Positions 47,625-57,682 of a DNA stretch of 60,276 bases are shown in pieces. The translations under genes and the position numbers were made by a program. The stretch covers positions 1 to 60,276 of the forward strand of contig JAVBPT010000007.1 of the NCBI GenBank assembly GCA_031549455.1. Reading direction: 5' to 3'. How positions within the stretch are numbered: the first letter of the stretch is position 1; every line of letters starts with the position of its first letter. The stretch comes from Eubacteriales bacterium. GTDB lineage: Bacteria > Bacillota > Clostridia > Lachnospirales > JAKSVV01. The notes below the pieces were generated by a model, which did no database searches, had not been told where the DNA came from, and was given only the letters and a program-made list of their open reading frames with translations.

Positions 47625-50234
47625 ATGGATTTTTATAATAAAGAGATAAAGGATGTTCTTCTGGAGTTGGATACAAAAATGGAGGGACTCACTGGAGTAG
47701 AGGCAGGGGAACGATTATTAAAGTATGGACGAAATGAACTATCGGAGGGAAAGAAGAAAAATATTTTTCAAAAAACTTGGGACCAGGTAAACGATCCAAT
47801 GATCCTGGTTCTGATTGGGGCGGCGGTGGTTTCTGGTTTTATGGGGGAAAGCGTTGACGCCGCTATTATTCTGATCGTTGTGGTTTTAAATACCGTCATT
47901 GGCCTTATACAAGAGATCAAAGCAGAGGCGGCGGTAGAGGCTTTAAAGAAGATGAGTGCACAGAGCGCCAAGGTGATACGAGATGGTAAGGTAAGCTATA
48001 TAGACTCTACACTTTTAGTGCCCGGAGACCTGGTTGTGTTAGATGCAGGAGATGTGGTGCCAAGCGATCTACGTCTGATTGAGTCTTCCAATCTAAAAAT
48101 AGAAGAGGCTTCCCTAACAGGGGAGTCGGTCCCATCTGAGAAGGATAGTAACCGCACGATAGCCGGAGATGCTCAGGTAGGAGATCGGGTGAACATGGCC
48201 TATTATGGAACAGGCGTAACCTATGGGAGAGGACGAGGGCTGGTTTGCTCAACAGGGATGAACACAGAAATGGGGAAGATCGCCAACCTGATTAATCAAA
48301 CAGAAGAGGACGAGACACCTTTGCAAAAAAAGCTTGCGGAGATTGGGAAGATTTTGACCATCGGCGTGCTTGGGATTTGCTTGGTGATCTTTGCCACCAT
48401 CATTTGGAAGGGCGGAAGTTTTGATGCCCAACACATTTTGGATGCTTTCATGGTTTCGGTGAGTCTCGCGGTGGCGGCGATTCCAGAGAGTCTTCCGGCA
48501 GTTGTCACCATCGTAATGGCGATCGGGGTAACGGTGATGGCCAAAAAAAAGGCCATTATTAGAAAGTTACCAGCGGTAGAAACACTCGGATGTGCTGAGG
48601 TGATCTGTTCTGATAAAACCGGAACCCTCACACAGAACAAGATGAGCATCCGAGAGATTTATACAGATCATAAACAATATTCAGATGAAGCCTTTTTGAA
48701 AACAGAAGGGTATGAATCCTTATATTATAATATGGTTCTTTGCAATGATTCTGAGATCGATGAGGAAGGAAATGAGGTAGGAGACCCTACAGAAACCTGT
48801 CTAAAGCGATTTAGTTTCTTGAAGTATAATCAAGAAATGTTTAGGGATAAGAAGAGAATCAGAGACTTGCCGTTTGATTCGGAAAGAAAGATGATGTCGA
48901 CTGTGAATCAGATACAGGACAAAACCAAGGTTTATACGAAGGGAGCACCGGACGAAATCTTAAAAAGGTGCACTGCCATTCTAGAAAACGGGCAGGTCCA
49001 TTCAATCACGGAGGAGCAGAAAAATCAGATTTTATCCGCTAATAAAGAAATGGCAGATAAAGCCCTTAGAGTGCTTGGACTGGCTGAAAAGGAATATGTA
49101 GCGGATTCTGAATTAGAACAAGAGCTCACCTTTATTGGGCTGGTCGGCATGATTGACCCACCAAGACCAGAGGCAAAAGAGGCGATTGAAAAGTGTAAGC
49201 ATGCGGGCATTCGAACCGTCATGATTACGGGAGATCATAGAGATACCGCGGTGGCCATTGCAAGTGAACTAGGAATGATAGAGGATGCAGGAGAGGCTGT
49301 GTTTGGAAGCGAGATGGATGCTTGGCCGGATGAAGAACTTATGGAAAAAGTCGATCATATAAAAGTATTTGCGAGGGTTTCACCTGAGCATAAGGTTCGC
49401 ATTGTGGAGGCTTGGAAGAAGAAAGGAAAGATTATTGCGATGACGGGAGACGGTGTGAATGATGCGCCGGCACTCAAGATCGCGGATATTGGAGTTGGGA
49501 TGGGGATTACCGGGACCGATGTGTCCAAAAGCGTATCCGACATGCTCCTCCAAGATGACAATTTTGCGACCATCGTATCAGCGGTGGAAGAGGGAAGGAA
49601 GATTTACACCAATATTCGAAAATCGGTTCACTTTCTTTTATCCTCCAACTTAAGTGAGGTGTTATCACTCTTTTTTGCAACACTTTTCCTACCAGCTGGC
49701 GTTATTTTCTTGAGTCCAGTGCATATTTTATGGATCAATCTTGTAACCGATAGCATTCCAGCTATTGGACTTGGGTTGAATAAGGGAGAAGAGGGCGTAA
49801 TGAATGAACCGCCAAGAGATGCCAAACAGAGTATCTTTGCAGGAGGGGTGGGGGTGAGCATTCTTTATCAAGGAGTGACACTTATGATCTTGACCTGTGC
49901 CGCTTTTATGATTGGTTATCAGGATTCGCCACTTGCAGCAACCACTATGGCGTTTGTCACACTTTCAATCGCACAGATTTTTCACAGTTTTAACATTAAA
50001 AATGGAAACGGGACGATTTTCTCAAAGAAAACACTGGATAATAAAACCATGCTTATCGGTCTAGTGGTTCCAATTCTTTTAGCGATATTGATTGTGCACT
50101 GTGCACCGCTTGCAAACCTATTTAATGTGCAAGCGCTTACACTTTATGAGTGGGGCACTGCGATTGGACTTGCATTCTGTATAAATATTGTGGATGAGAT
50201 TGTAAAGATTTTTAAAAGAAGAAACAAGAGATAA
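47625..50234 (+). CDS. Cation (Ca2+-type, P2A) translocating P-type ATPase
   Basis: LTGES, AIPESL, DKTGTLT, KGAP, MITGD, GDGVNDAPAL, LWINLVTD. Confidence 0.92.
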   Translation: MDFYNKEIKDVLLELDTKMEGLTGVEAGERLLKYGRNELSEGKKKNIFQKTWDQVNDPMILVLIGAAVVSGFMGESVDAAIILIVVVLNTVIGLIQEIKAEAAVEALKKMSAQSAKVIRDGKVSYIDSTLLVPGDLVVLDAGDVVPSDLRLIESSNLKIEEASLTGESVPSEKDSNRTIAGDAQVGDRVNMAYYGTGVTYGRGRGLVCSTGMNTEMGKIANLINQTEEDETPLQKKLAEIGKILTIGVLGICLVIFATIIWKGGSFDAQHILDAFMVSVSLAVAAIPESLPAVVTIVMAIGVTVMAKKKAIIRKLPAVETLGCAEVICSDKTGTLTQNKMSIREIYTDHKQYSDEAFLKTEGYESLYYNMVLCNDSEIDEEGNEVGDPTETCLKRFSFLKYNQEMFRDKKRIRDLPFDSERKMMSTVNQIQDKTKVYTKGAPDEILKRCTAILENGQVHSITEEQKNQILSANKEMADKALRVLGLAEKEYVADSELEQELTFIGLVGMIDPPRPEAKEAIEKCKHAGIRTVMITGDHRDTAVAIASELGMIEDAGEAVFGSEMDAWPDEELMEKVDHIKVFARVSPEHKVRIVEAWKKKGKIIAMTGDGVNDAPALKIADIGVGMGITGTDVSKSVSDMLLQDDNFATIVSAVEEGRKIYTNIRKSVHFLLSSNLSEVLSLFFATLFLPAGVIFLSPVHILWINLVTDSIPAIGLGLNKGEEGVMNEPPRDAKQSIFAGGVGVSILYQGVTLMILTCAAFMIGYQDSPLAATTMAFVTLSIAQIFHSFNIKNGNGTIFSKKTLDNKTMLIGLVVPILLAILIVHCAPLANLFNVQALTLYEWGTAIGLAFCINIVDEIVKIFKRRNKR

Positions 50235-50251
50235 AATAAAAAGAAACAAGG

Positions 50252-50458
50252 TTAAAGTACATGATAACCTTGTTCTTTTATTATGCGAATAACATCTTGT
50301 TCTGTTACATTTTCCTGATCCCATTCGGCCACAACCGTTTTTGAGAGAAGGTTTATGCTGACTCTTTTCATGCTTGGAATACGCATGATGGCCTGTTTAA
50401 TCTCTGTCTCACAGTCGGGATAAGATAGATCTTCTACTTTGAGTGTTACTTTTTTCAT
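50252..50458 (-). CDS. Heavy-metal-associated (CopZ-like) domain protein with variant YxxC motif
   Basis: KVTLKVEDLSYPDCETEI...V...IIKEQGY HMA pattern; AGGAGGTG RBS. Confidence 0.7.
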   Translation of the reverse strand: MKKVTLKVEDLSYPDCETEIKQAIMRIPSMKRVSINLLSKTVVAEWDQENVTEQDVIRIIKEQGYHVL

Positions 50459-50565
50459 CTTCACCTCCTAAAAGATAGTATGTCCATTTTGGGGAAATAA
50501 ATTTTATTGGCATTCTTGTTTAATGCCTCCTTTTCTGTTATAATAGAGCAAGTTTAGGAGAATTC

Positions 50566-52464
50566 ATGGATTTTATAGCAGGGTCGGCAGACGTTATTGT
50601 GATTGGAGCGGGGCATGCAGGGTGCGAGGCTTCTTTAGCATGTGCGAGGTTGGGGCTCAAAACGCTTCTTTTTGCCATCTCGCTTGAAAGCATTGCCCAA
50701 ATGTCTTGCAACCCAAACATTGGTGGAACGGCTAAAGGGCACTTGGTGCGTGAGATTGATGCGTTGGGCGGTGAAATGGGCAAAAATATTGATAAGACCT
50801 ACATACAATCCAAAATGCTAAATGAGAGCAAGGGGCCGGCGGTTCATTCGCTGAGAGCGCAAGCGGATAAAAAAAAATATGCGATTGAGATGAAACGGAC
50901 ACTTGAACACACCCCCAATCTGACGCTAAAGCAGGCAGAGATTAAAGAAATTTTGGTGGAGTCTGGTAAGGTGAAAGGCGTTCGAACCACGGGAGATACC
51001 GTTTATCATGCCAAAGCAGTGATATTGGCTTCGGGAACCTACTTGGATGCGAGGTGCATTACAGGGGATCATGTGAGTGTGAGCGGTCCATCCGGTCTTC
51101 TTCCGGCAAGCGATCTATCCTCTTGCCTACTCAAACTTGGATTTAAGTTGAAGCGATATAAAACGGGAACGCCGAGTAGGATTGATGGGAGGACCGTTGA
51201 TTATGCGAAGGTAGAGCCTCAGTATGGAGATGAACACATCGTCCCCTTTTCTTTTACCAATACGGAGGAAGAGATCAAAAGAGAACAGGTGAAATGCTTT
51301 TTAACGTATACCAATGAAAGGACACATCAGATCATCTTGGAAAACATCGATCGCTCTCCTTTATATAATGGATCGATTACGGGTGTGGGTCCGAGATACT
51401 GTCCTTCTATTGAGACCAAAGTGCTAAACTTTCGAGACAAAGAAAGACATCAGATTTTTCTAGAGCCGGAGGGAGAAGATACCAATGAGATTTATGTACA
51501 GGGGATGTCCTCCTCTTTACATGAGGATGTTCAGATCGCGATGTTAAGAACGGTTTCAGGTCTTGAGCACTGTGAGATCACAAGGGTGGGGTATGCGATT
51601 GAGTATGATGCACTGGAGTCTAATGAACTAACCGCCACATTAGAGACCAAAAAGGTTGCCGGTCTATTTAGTGCAGGGCAGGTAAATGGATCCTCTGGGT
51701 ATGAGGAGGCGGCGGCGCAAGGGCTCATGGCTGGGGTGAATGCCAGCATGAAGGTTCTCGGAAGAAAACCGGTGATTTTAGATCGCTCAGAGGCCTATAT
51801 TGGGGTGTTGATTGACGATCTCGTGACCAAGGAATCCCATGAGCCTTATCGAATGATGACGTCAAGAGCAGAGTACAGATTGGTGCTTAGGCAAGATAAT
51901 GCAGATTTGAGGCTGACAGAGCTGGGCCATACGATTGGGCTGATTGACGAAGAACGGTATAAAGTTTTTTTGAAAAAGAGGGAACAAATCGTAGCTGAAA
52001 TTTTGAGATTAAAACAAACCAATATCGGCACAAAAGAAAAGGTACAAGAATTTTTAAAAAAATATAATAGCACCGAACTTTTAAGCGGTGTGACACTGGA
52101 AAATCTAATCAAGAGACCGGAGCTGGACTATGAGAAGACCGGCGAGATCGACGAGGAGAGGCCTGGTGAGCTCTCAGATGCAGTGCGTCTAGAGGTCAAT
52201 ATACTCATCAAGTATGAGGGGTATATCAAAAATCAGGAGGAGCAGATTGCTCAGTTTAAGAAGCTTGAGAAAAGGCTTTTACCAGACGATATCGTATATA
52301 AGGATGTGTCGAGTATCCGAATTGAAGCGGTGCAAAAACTTGGTGAGATTAGGCCCCTTTCAATTGGTCAGGCTTCTAGAATATCAGGGGTATCTCCTAG
52401 TGACATTACAGCTTTGTTGGTGCATTTAGAGAAAAGGAAGAGAAGTGTGGGGAAAGATGTTTAA
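50566..52464 (+). CDS. mnmG: tRNA uridine-5-carboxymethylaminomethyl(34) synthesis enzyme MnmG (GidA)
   Basis: [51 protein letters not shown]. Confidence 0.97.
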   Translation: MDFIAGSADVIVIGAGHAGCEASLACARLGLKTLLFAISLESIAQMSCNPNIGGTAKGHLVREIDALGGEMGKNIDKTYIQSKMLNESKGPAVHSLRAQADKKKYAIEMKRTLEHTPNLTLKQAEIKEILVESGKVKGVRTTGDTVYHAKAVILASGTYLDARCITGDHVSVSGPSGLLPASDLSSCLLKLGFKLKRYKTGTPSRIDGRTVDYAKVEPQYGDEHIVPFSFTNTEEEIKREQVKCFLTYTNERTHQIILENIDRSPLYNGSITGVGPRYCPSIETKVLNFRDKERHQIFLEPEGEDTNEIYVQGMSSSLHEDVQIAMLRTVSGLEHCEITRVGYAIEYDALESNELTATLETKKVAGLFSAGQVNGSSGYEEAAAQGLMAGVNASMKVLGRKPVILDRSEAYIGVLIDDLVTKESHEPYRMMTSRAEYRLVLRQDNADLRLTELGHTIGLIDEERYKVFLKKREQIVAEILRLKQTNIGTKEKVQEFLKKYNSTELLSGVTLENLIKRPELDYEKTGEIDEERPGELSDAVRLEVNILIKYEGYIKNQEEQIAQFKKLEKRLLPDDIVYKDVSSIRIEAVQKLGEIRPLSIGQASRISGVSPSDITALLVHLEKRKRSVGKDV

Positions 52465-53485
52465 AGAGTATGTGGATGAGAAGATAGAGAAGATTGAGCA
52501 GGAGATGGAGAAATGGATTCATAAAGAGTTCTCTGGTTATGCGGGACAACACCCAAAGACGGATCAGCTACTTGAGATGTTAAAAGAGACGAACAGGGGC
52601 GGAAAGAGGATACGTGGTTTATTGGTTCTATTAGGATATGAGCTCGTATCTGGTGAGAGTTCAGACTTGATTCTTTCGGCGAGCGTTGCATACGAACTTT
52701 TTCAGACGGGCATTCTGATTCATGATGATGTGATTGACCAAAGTGATCTTAGGAGGGGAAAAGAAACCATTCATAAACGACTTTCCGGGGATCATCTTGC
52801 CATTTCAAATGCGATTTGTTTGGGCGATTTTGCCATCTTTTCATCGTATAAAGCCTTATCCTCTTTGGAAATCAGAGAAGAATTGCTGGTGCCGGCGATC
52901 AGGCACTTTAGCCAGACGTTAGAGCATACAGCATTTGGGGAACTGCTCGATGTCAATCTACCCCAGGAGGAAAAGGTGAGTGAACAGGACATCCTAAACA
53001 TCTGCTATTATAAAACCGCTTGGTATACTGTAATAGGACCACTTACACTGGGTTGTCTACTGGCGGGAGCAAGTGAAAATACCCTTTCAGCCATCAATGA
53101 GTTTGGAAAAAATATTGGAATTGCCTTTCAATTAAAGGATGATATTTTAGGGCTTTATTCCGAAAAAAAGACATTGGGAAAGTCGGTTATATCTGATATT
53201 TCCGAGAAGAAAATGACTCTCTTGTATGCGTATACGAGAGAGCACGCAGAAGCCAATCTTCTTTCCCAATTTGAAAAAATCTATGGAAAACCAAAGATTA
53301 GTCAGGAAGAATATGAGAAGATTAAAGAAGTGTGTAGTACGTCCGGGGCGTTAAGTTATACAGAAGGGGTGATGGAAGCGTACTTAAACAAAGCCCTTCA
53401 AAATATTGATCAGATCACAAATGAGTCAAAATTTAAAACACTTCTAACCGAATTTTCATATTATTTAGTGAAGAGAGAAAAATAG
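52457..53485 (+). CDS. Polyprenyl diphosphate synthase
   Basis: [14 protein letters not shown]...RRG (FARM), KT, AFQLKDD (SARM). Confidence 0.9.
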   Translation: MFKEYVDEKIEKIEQEMEKWIHKEFSGYAGQHPKTDQLLEMLKETNRGGKRIRGLLVLLGYELVSGESSDLILSASVAYELFQTGILIHDDVIDQSDLRRGKETIHKRLSGDHLAISNAICLGDFAIFSSYKALSSLEIREELLVPAIRHFSQTLEHTAFGELLDVNLPQEEKVSEQDILNICYYKTAWYTVIGPLTLGCLLAGASENTLSAINEFGKNIGIAFQLKDDILGLYSEKKTLGKSVISDISEKKMTLLYAYTREHAEANLLSQFEKIYGKPKISQEEYEKIKEVCSTSGALSYTEGVMEAYLNKALQNIDQITNESKFKTLLTEFSYYLVKREK

Positions 53486-53494
53486 GAGAGACAT

Positions 53495-54235
53495 ATGTAC
53501 CAGAAACTAGCGTATTATTATGATTTATTGGGCTGGCGTGATCAGGCGTTTTCAAGCCTTGCGGTTATAAACACCCTATTATGCAGGTTCAACTTTATTC
53601 CGGACAGTTTGTGCGATGTGGCGTGTGGGACGGGAGAGTTTATCAAACAGTTTAAGACCATGCATCATTTAAAAAGAGTTTTTGGGGTGGATCAATCGGA
53701 AGACATGCTGCATGTGGCGCGAAAAAAGAATAGAAGGGTTGAGTTTATACAAGAGGATATGAGGCAGTTTGAGCTGAGTGAAAAGGTAGACCTCATCACC
53801 TGCTTATATGACTCGATCAACCATTTACTAAAAAGAGAGGATTGGGAGAAAACCTTTACCAGGATCAAGGCCAATTTAAAAGAGGGCGGTCTTTTTGTAA
53901 TGGATTTGGTCCCACAGGATGCGCTCAAGAAATGGGCAGGGAATTATATCCGTAGCAAAAAGGATTGCACGCTTGTTCGGAATCTAAAATATGACGCAAA
54001 GAAGAATACATTGACCAGTGAAATTACGGGATTCATTCGAAAAAAGCCTCTCGAGTTTTATAGTGTGGTCCGGGAAACGCATATTGAGACCTCATTTCGA
54101 ATCGGTGAAATCAAAAAAATGTTGAAAAAATCAGGTTTTAGAAAGATTTATCTGTGTGATGAAGAGGGGGAGTTTTATGGATATCTATGGCCTCATCTGA
54201 ATCAAAAGAGTAGACTTTATTTTGTCTGTAGATAG
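53495..54235 (+). CDS. Class I SAM-dependent methyltransferase
   Basis: Y..LA.YYD, DVACGTG, GVDQSEDML, DM, DSINHL, LKEGGLFV.D. Confidence 0.88.
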   Translation: MYQKLAYYYDLLGWRDQAFSSLAVINTLLCRFNFIPDSLCDVACGTGEFIKQFKTMHHLKRVFGVDQSEDMLHVARKKNRRVEFIQEDMRQFELSEKVDLITCLYDSINHLLKREDWEKTFTRIKANLKEGGLFVMDLVPQDALKKWAGNYIRSKKDCTLVRNLKYDAKKNTLTSEITGFIRKKPLEFYSVVRETHIETSFRIGEIKKMLKKSGFRKIYLCDEEGEFYGYLWPHLNQKSRLYFVCR

Positions 54236-54247
54236 AAGGGAGATCTT

Positions 54248-54757
54248 ATGCACATCGCGGCACAGATTGTTGGGTTTATTGCCTCTGTCATTATGATTGT
54301 GGCGGTACAATCGGATCAGAAAAAATACTTTTTGAGCTATCTTATTCTTTGCAACTTTCTTTTTGCATTAACTTTTGTTTTACTCATTCAGTATGCGGGA
54401 GCGACTGCGAGTCTTCTTTCCGCCATTCAGTCTGTGGTGGTTTACGAGCACGAAAAGAGAGGAAAAAACGCACCCAAGTGGCTGGTGGTTATTCTAATTA
54501 TCGCCATCCTAGTTGCGGGTCTTTTTACCTATACAGATCCTTATAGCATTCTTCCGATTCTATGCACCCTCCTATTTGCCAGTCTCGTTCTAACCAAAGA
54601 CATGAGGCTTGTGAGGATAGAAACGCTCATTGCCATGCTTTTATGGAGTATCTATGATTTTGTTTCGGGCGCCTATACCATTATTCTTTCAGATGGTTTT
54701 ACCATTGCCTCCACTTTGATTGCCATGATTCGGTATGGCGACTTTAAAAAGAAGTGA
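54248..54757 (+). CDS. YgjV-family inner membrane protein
   Basis: AQIVGFIA start, Q-containing first helix, several TM segments, W.IYD motif. Confidence 0.65.
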   Translation: MHIAAQIVGFIASVIMIVAVQSDQKKYFLSYLILCNFLFALTFVLLIQYAGATASLLSAIQSVVVYEHEKRGKNAPKWLVVILIIAILVAGLFTYTDPYSILPILCTLLFASLVLTKDMRLVRIETLIAMLLWSIYDFVSGAYTIILSDGFTIASTLIAMIRYGDFKKK

Positions 54758-54854
54758 GAGAAAGCGTAAAATCTGCATTATGTAAAGTTAATACTTGACT
54801 ATAAAAATATTCCTAGTATTATTATAATCAGATTATCTTTATTAGAAGAGGTGA

Positions 54855-55676
54855 ATGATGGAAGAAGCAATCAATCGTTTCTTGACCTATTTAAAAGAGG
54901 AGAAGAGCGCAACCGGCAACACACTGGAATCCTATGAAAGGGATTTGAGGAAGTTTAGTGATTATGCAGAGAAAAGTTATATTAGTATTGAAAGGATCGA
55001 ACCGATCAACGTGATCGTGTTTTTAAACAACCTAAAAAAAGAGGGAAAATCCATTTCAACACTCAATAGAACCTTGTCCGCCATTAATACATTTATCAAG
55101 TTTGCTTATGAAAAAGGATATTCAAAAAAGATGGTGACGCTTTCTAAAATCGCGGTGCCAAGACAGCGGATTGCAGAGAAACACATTCTAACCAAAAAAG
55201 AGATTGGGTCATTGAGAAAAACTTTTGCTGAGGAGGAGAAAAAACCGGCAGGGCTTAGAGACAAGGTAATTTTTGAAATGATGTATACCACTGGCCTAAA
55301 GCCAACGGATATCATTAACCTGCGAGCTGAAAATATCAATACTGGTCTTGGATATGTGGTGGTTCCAAAGGAAAATGGAAAAGAAGAGATCAAAAATTTG
55401 GATACAAACACGTTAAAGCTTGTGAAAGATTATATGCAAACGGCAAGAATAGATTTATTGAATAAAGCAAATTCTAGTATTAAAGAGAGCGTGGAAAACA
55501 TTTACTCAAAGAACAACGGAACCGTCTTTTTGAACAAATCTGGCGAAAAATTGACCAGACAGTCGGTGTGGAAATCATTAAAAAAATATGCTGATAAAGC
55601 GAACATTGAAAAAGACTTGGCTTCTAATGTTTTATATGATTCTTACCTGTACCATAAAACGGAAGAGGGAGAGTAA
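54855..55676 (+). CDS. XerD-like tyrosine recombinase homolog lacking catalytic motifs
   Basis: SAM-like N-domain (NTLESYERDL, STLNRTLSAI), RDKVIFEMMYTTGLK, LTRQSVWK..KKYA..A.I; upstream of deoB. HxLRHS is replaced by NVLYDS and the protein ends before the LGH...Y segment. Confidence 0.78.
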   Translation: MMEEAINRFLTYLKEEKSATGNTLESYERDLRKFSDYAEKSYISIERIEPINVIVFLNNLKKEGKSISTLNRTLSAINTFIKFAYEKGYSKKMVTLSKIAVPRQRIAEKHILTKKEIGSLRKTFAEEEKKPAGLRDKVIFEMMYTTGLKPTDIINLRAENINTGLGYVVVPKENGKEEIKNLDTNTLKLVKDYMQTARIDLLNKANSSIKESVENIYSKNNGTVFLNKSGEKLTRQSVWKSLKKYADKANIEKDLASNVLYDSYLYHKTEEGE

Positions 55677-55697
55677 TGTTTTAAAGAGTGAGGGGAT

Positions 55698-56903
55698 ATG
55701 GGTTTTGAAAAAATAAATAGAGTGATTATGATCGTGTTGGACAGTTTTGGAATTGGTGCACTGCCCGATGCTGCAAAATATGGAGATGTGGGATCGAGTA
55801 CTTTTGGTCACATTGCGATGAATTGTCGTGGGATACGTCTTCCAAATATGCAAAAGTTGGGATTGTGTAACATAGATGTGCTGGATGCGGTGGCAGAAGG
55901 CGGGTTTATAGAAAAACAAGATCATGTGGTGGGGTGTTTTGGCGCTTGTAATGAGGCGTCCGCCTCCAAGGAGACGATGGTAGGACACTGGGAGATGATG
56001 GGCGTTTATGTCAAAGAACCTTTTCCAACCTATCCCAATGGATTTCCAAAAGAGGTGATAGAGGAACTGGAGCAAAAGACAGGAACAAAATTTCTGTGCA
56101 ATCGCCCGGCATCCGGTACCGAGATTATAAAAGAGTTGGGTAAAGAGCATATGCAAACGGGTCATCCCATTTTGTATACATCGGCTGATAGCACGATGCA
56201 GATTGCGGCGCATGAGGAGATCATCACCATTGAAAAGCTATACGAGATTTGCAAGACGGCGCGAGAGGTGATGAGAGGCAAGCATGAGGTATGCAAAATT
56301 ATTGCGAGACCTTTTGTAGGGGAGGAAGGCAACTTTACTAGGACCACAGGAAGGCATGACTATGCGATTGACCCCATTTCTGAGACAGCACTCGAGAAGA
56401 TGGTAAAGAAGGGATATAGCGTGTCGGGCGTTGGGAAAATAAGAGATATTTTCAATGGTAAGGGCATATCAGAATACGTATACACATATGATAATATGGA
56501 CGGAGTTGATAAAACCATCGATTATATGAACCAGAGCAAGAGCAGCATGGTATTTACAAATTTGGTGGAATATGATATGCTATGGGGGCATAGGCGAGAT
56601 GTGCTTGGTTATGCAAAAGGACTTGAGGCGTTTGATAAGAGATTACCAGAGATCATGGCGCTTTTGAAAGACACAGATATGTTGATTATTACAGCAGACC
56701 ATGGGTGCGACCCCACTTTTCGTGGAACGGACCATACAAGAGAATATGTACCACTTTTGGTTTACGGAAAAAGCTTAAAGCAGAATGTAAACCTGGGTAT
56801 TCGCAAAACCTTTGCGGATACGGCGGCAACGCTCGCTGAGATTTATGATTTATCTGGATTTGAAATAGGAGACTCATATCTTTCGCAAATTAAGAGGAGT
56901 TAG
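55698..56903 (+). CDS. deoB: Phosphopentomutase
   Basis: IVLDSFGIG.LPDA, GHWEMMG, YTSADS, IARPF, GHRRD, TADHGCDP, DHTREYVP. Confidence 0.95.
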   Translation: MGFEKINRVIMIVLDSFGIGALPDAAKYGDVGSSTFGHIAMNCRGIRLPNMQKLGLCNIDVLDAVAEGGFIEKQDHVVGCFGACNEASASKETMVGHWEMMGVYVKEPFPTYPNGFPKEVIEELEQKTGTKFLCNRPASGTEIIKELGKEHMQTGHPILYTSADSTMQIAAHEEIITIEKLYEICKTAREVMRGKHEVCKIIARPFVGEEGNFTRTTGRHDYAIDPISETALEKMVKKGYSVSGVGKIRDIFNGKGISEYVYTYDNMDGVDKTIDYMNQSKSSMVFTNLVEYDMLWGHRRDVLGYAKGLEAFDKRLPEIMALLKDTDMLIITADHGCDPTFRGTDHTREYVPLLVYGKSLKQNVNLGIRKTFADTAATLAEIYDLSGFEIGDSYLSQIKRS

Positions 56904-56905
56904 TA

Positions 56906-57682
56906 ATGAAGATAGAGATAAAAGGTGTAAAAGTAAATTATAAGGTAGAAGGAGAGGGGGAACCCCTGGTCCTTTTACACGGCTGGGGATCTGAAATTTC
57001 TACTGTGGCCTCCGTGGCACAGATTTTTATAAGGAACGGATACAAGGTTTATTCATTGGATTTGCCTGGTTTTGGGTATTCGGAAAAACCGGAAACCGCC
57101 TGGGAGATTTATGATTATGATGATTGTGTAACCAAATTTATTAATGCGCTCAAACTGGACTATGTGACGCTTGCCGGGCATTCTTTTGGAGGAGCGATCT
57201 GCCTTTCCATGGCACATACGAGGATCTTAAACATCAAAGCCATGTTTTTGATTGACTCTGCCGGGGTGAGAAGACCACTTACAGCAAAGAGAAGGGCAAA
57301 AGTGATTCTATTTAAGGTTTTAAAATATGCGGTAAAAGTTTTACCGCTTGTGAAAAGAAAAAAACAAAAACTATTGAACCGAGTTCGAAACAAAGTGGGT
57401 TCGGCAGATTATAATGCAGCCACAGGCGTGATGAAAGAGACATTGGTTAGGGTGGTGAATTGTGATCTTTCGAATACATTTGAGAAGATCCTGGTGAAAA
57501 CCAGCATCATCTGGGGAGCAGAGGATATGGACGCGCCCGTTAGCTCGGGCCAGTTGATGAATTCTTTGATTAGAGGGTCCAGTTTTAGGACGATTGAGCG
57601 AACGGGGCACTTTCCATTTTTGGAGAATTATGCAGAATTTAAGAGGGTGCTTGAAGATGAAATAAGGGGGATGAGATCATGA
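56906..57682 (+). CDS. Alpha/beta fold hydrolase
   Basis: LHGWG, DLPGFG, GHSFG nucleophile elbow, WG..D, GHF. Confidence 0.9.
   Translation: MKIEIKGVKVNYKVEGEGEPLVLLHGWGSEISTVASVAQIFIRNGYKVYSLDLPGFGYSEKPETAWEIYDYDDCVTKFINALKLDYVTLAGHSFGGAICLSMAHTRILNIKAMFLIDSAGVRRPLTAKRRAKVILFKVLKYAVKVLPLVKRKKQKLLNRVRNKVGSADYNAATGVMKETLVRVVNCDLSNTFEKILVKTSIIWGAEDMDAPVSSGQLMNSLIRGSSFRTIERTGHFPFLENYAEFKRVLEDEIRGMRS

Noticed and set aside
54855-55676. Prophage or ICE integrase
   Set aside because: It sits in the housekeeping xerD-deoB position, lacks catalytic residues and has no att sites or mobile-element neighbours.
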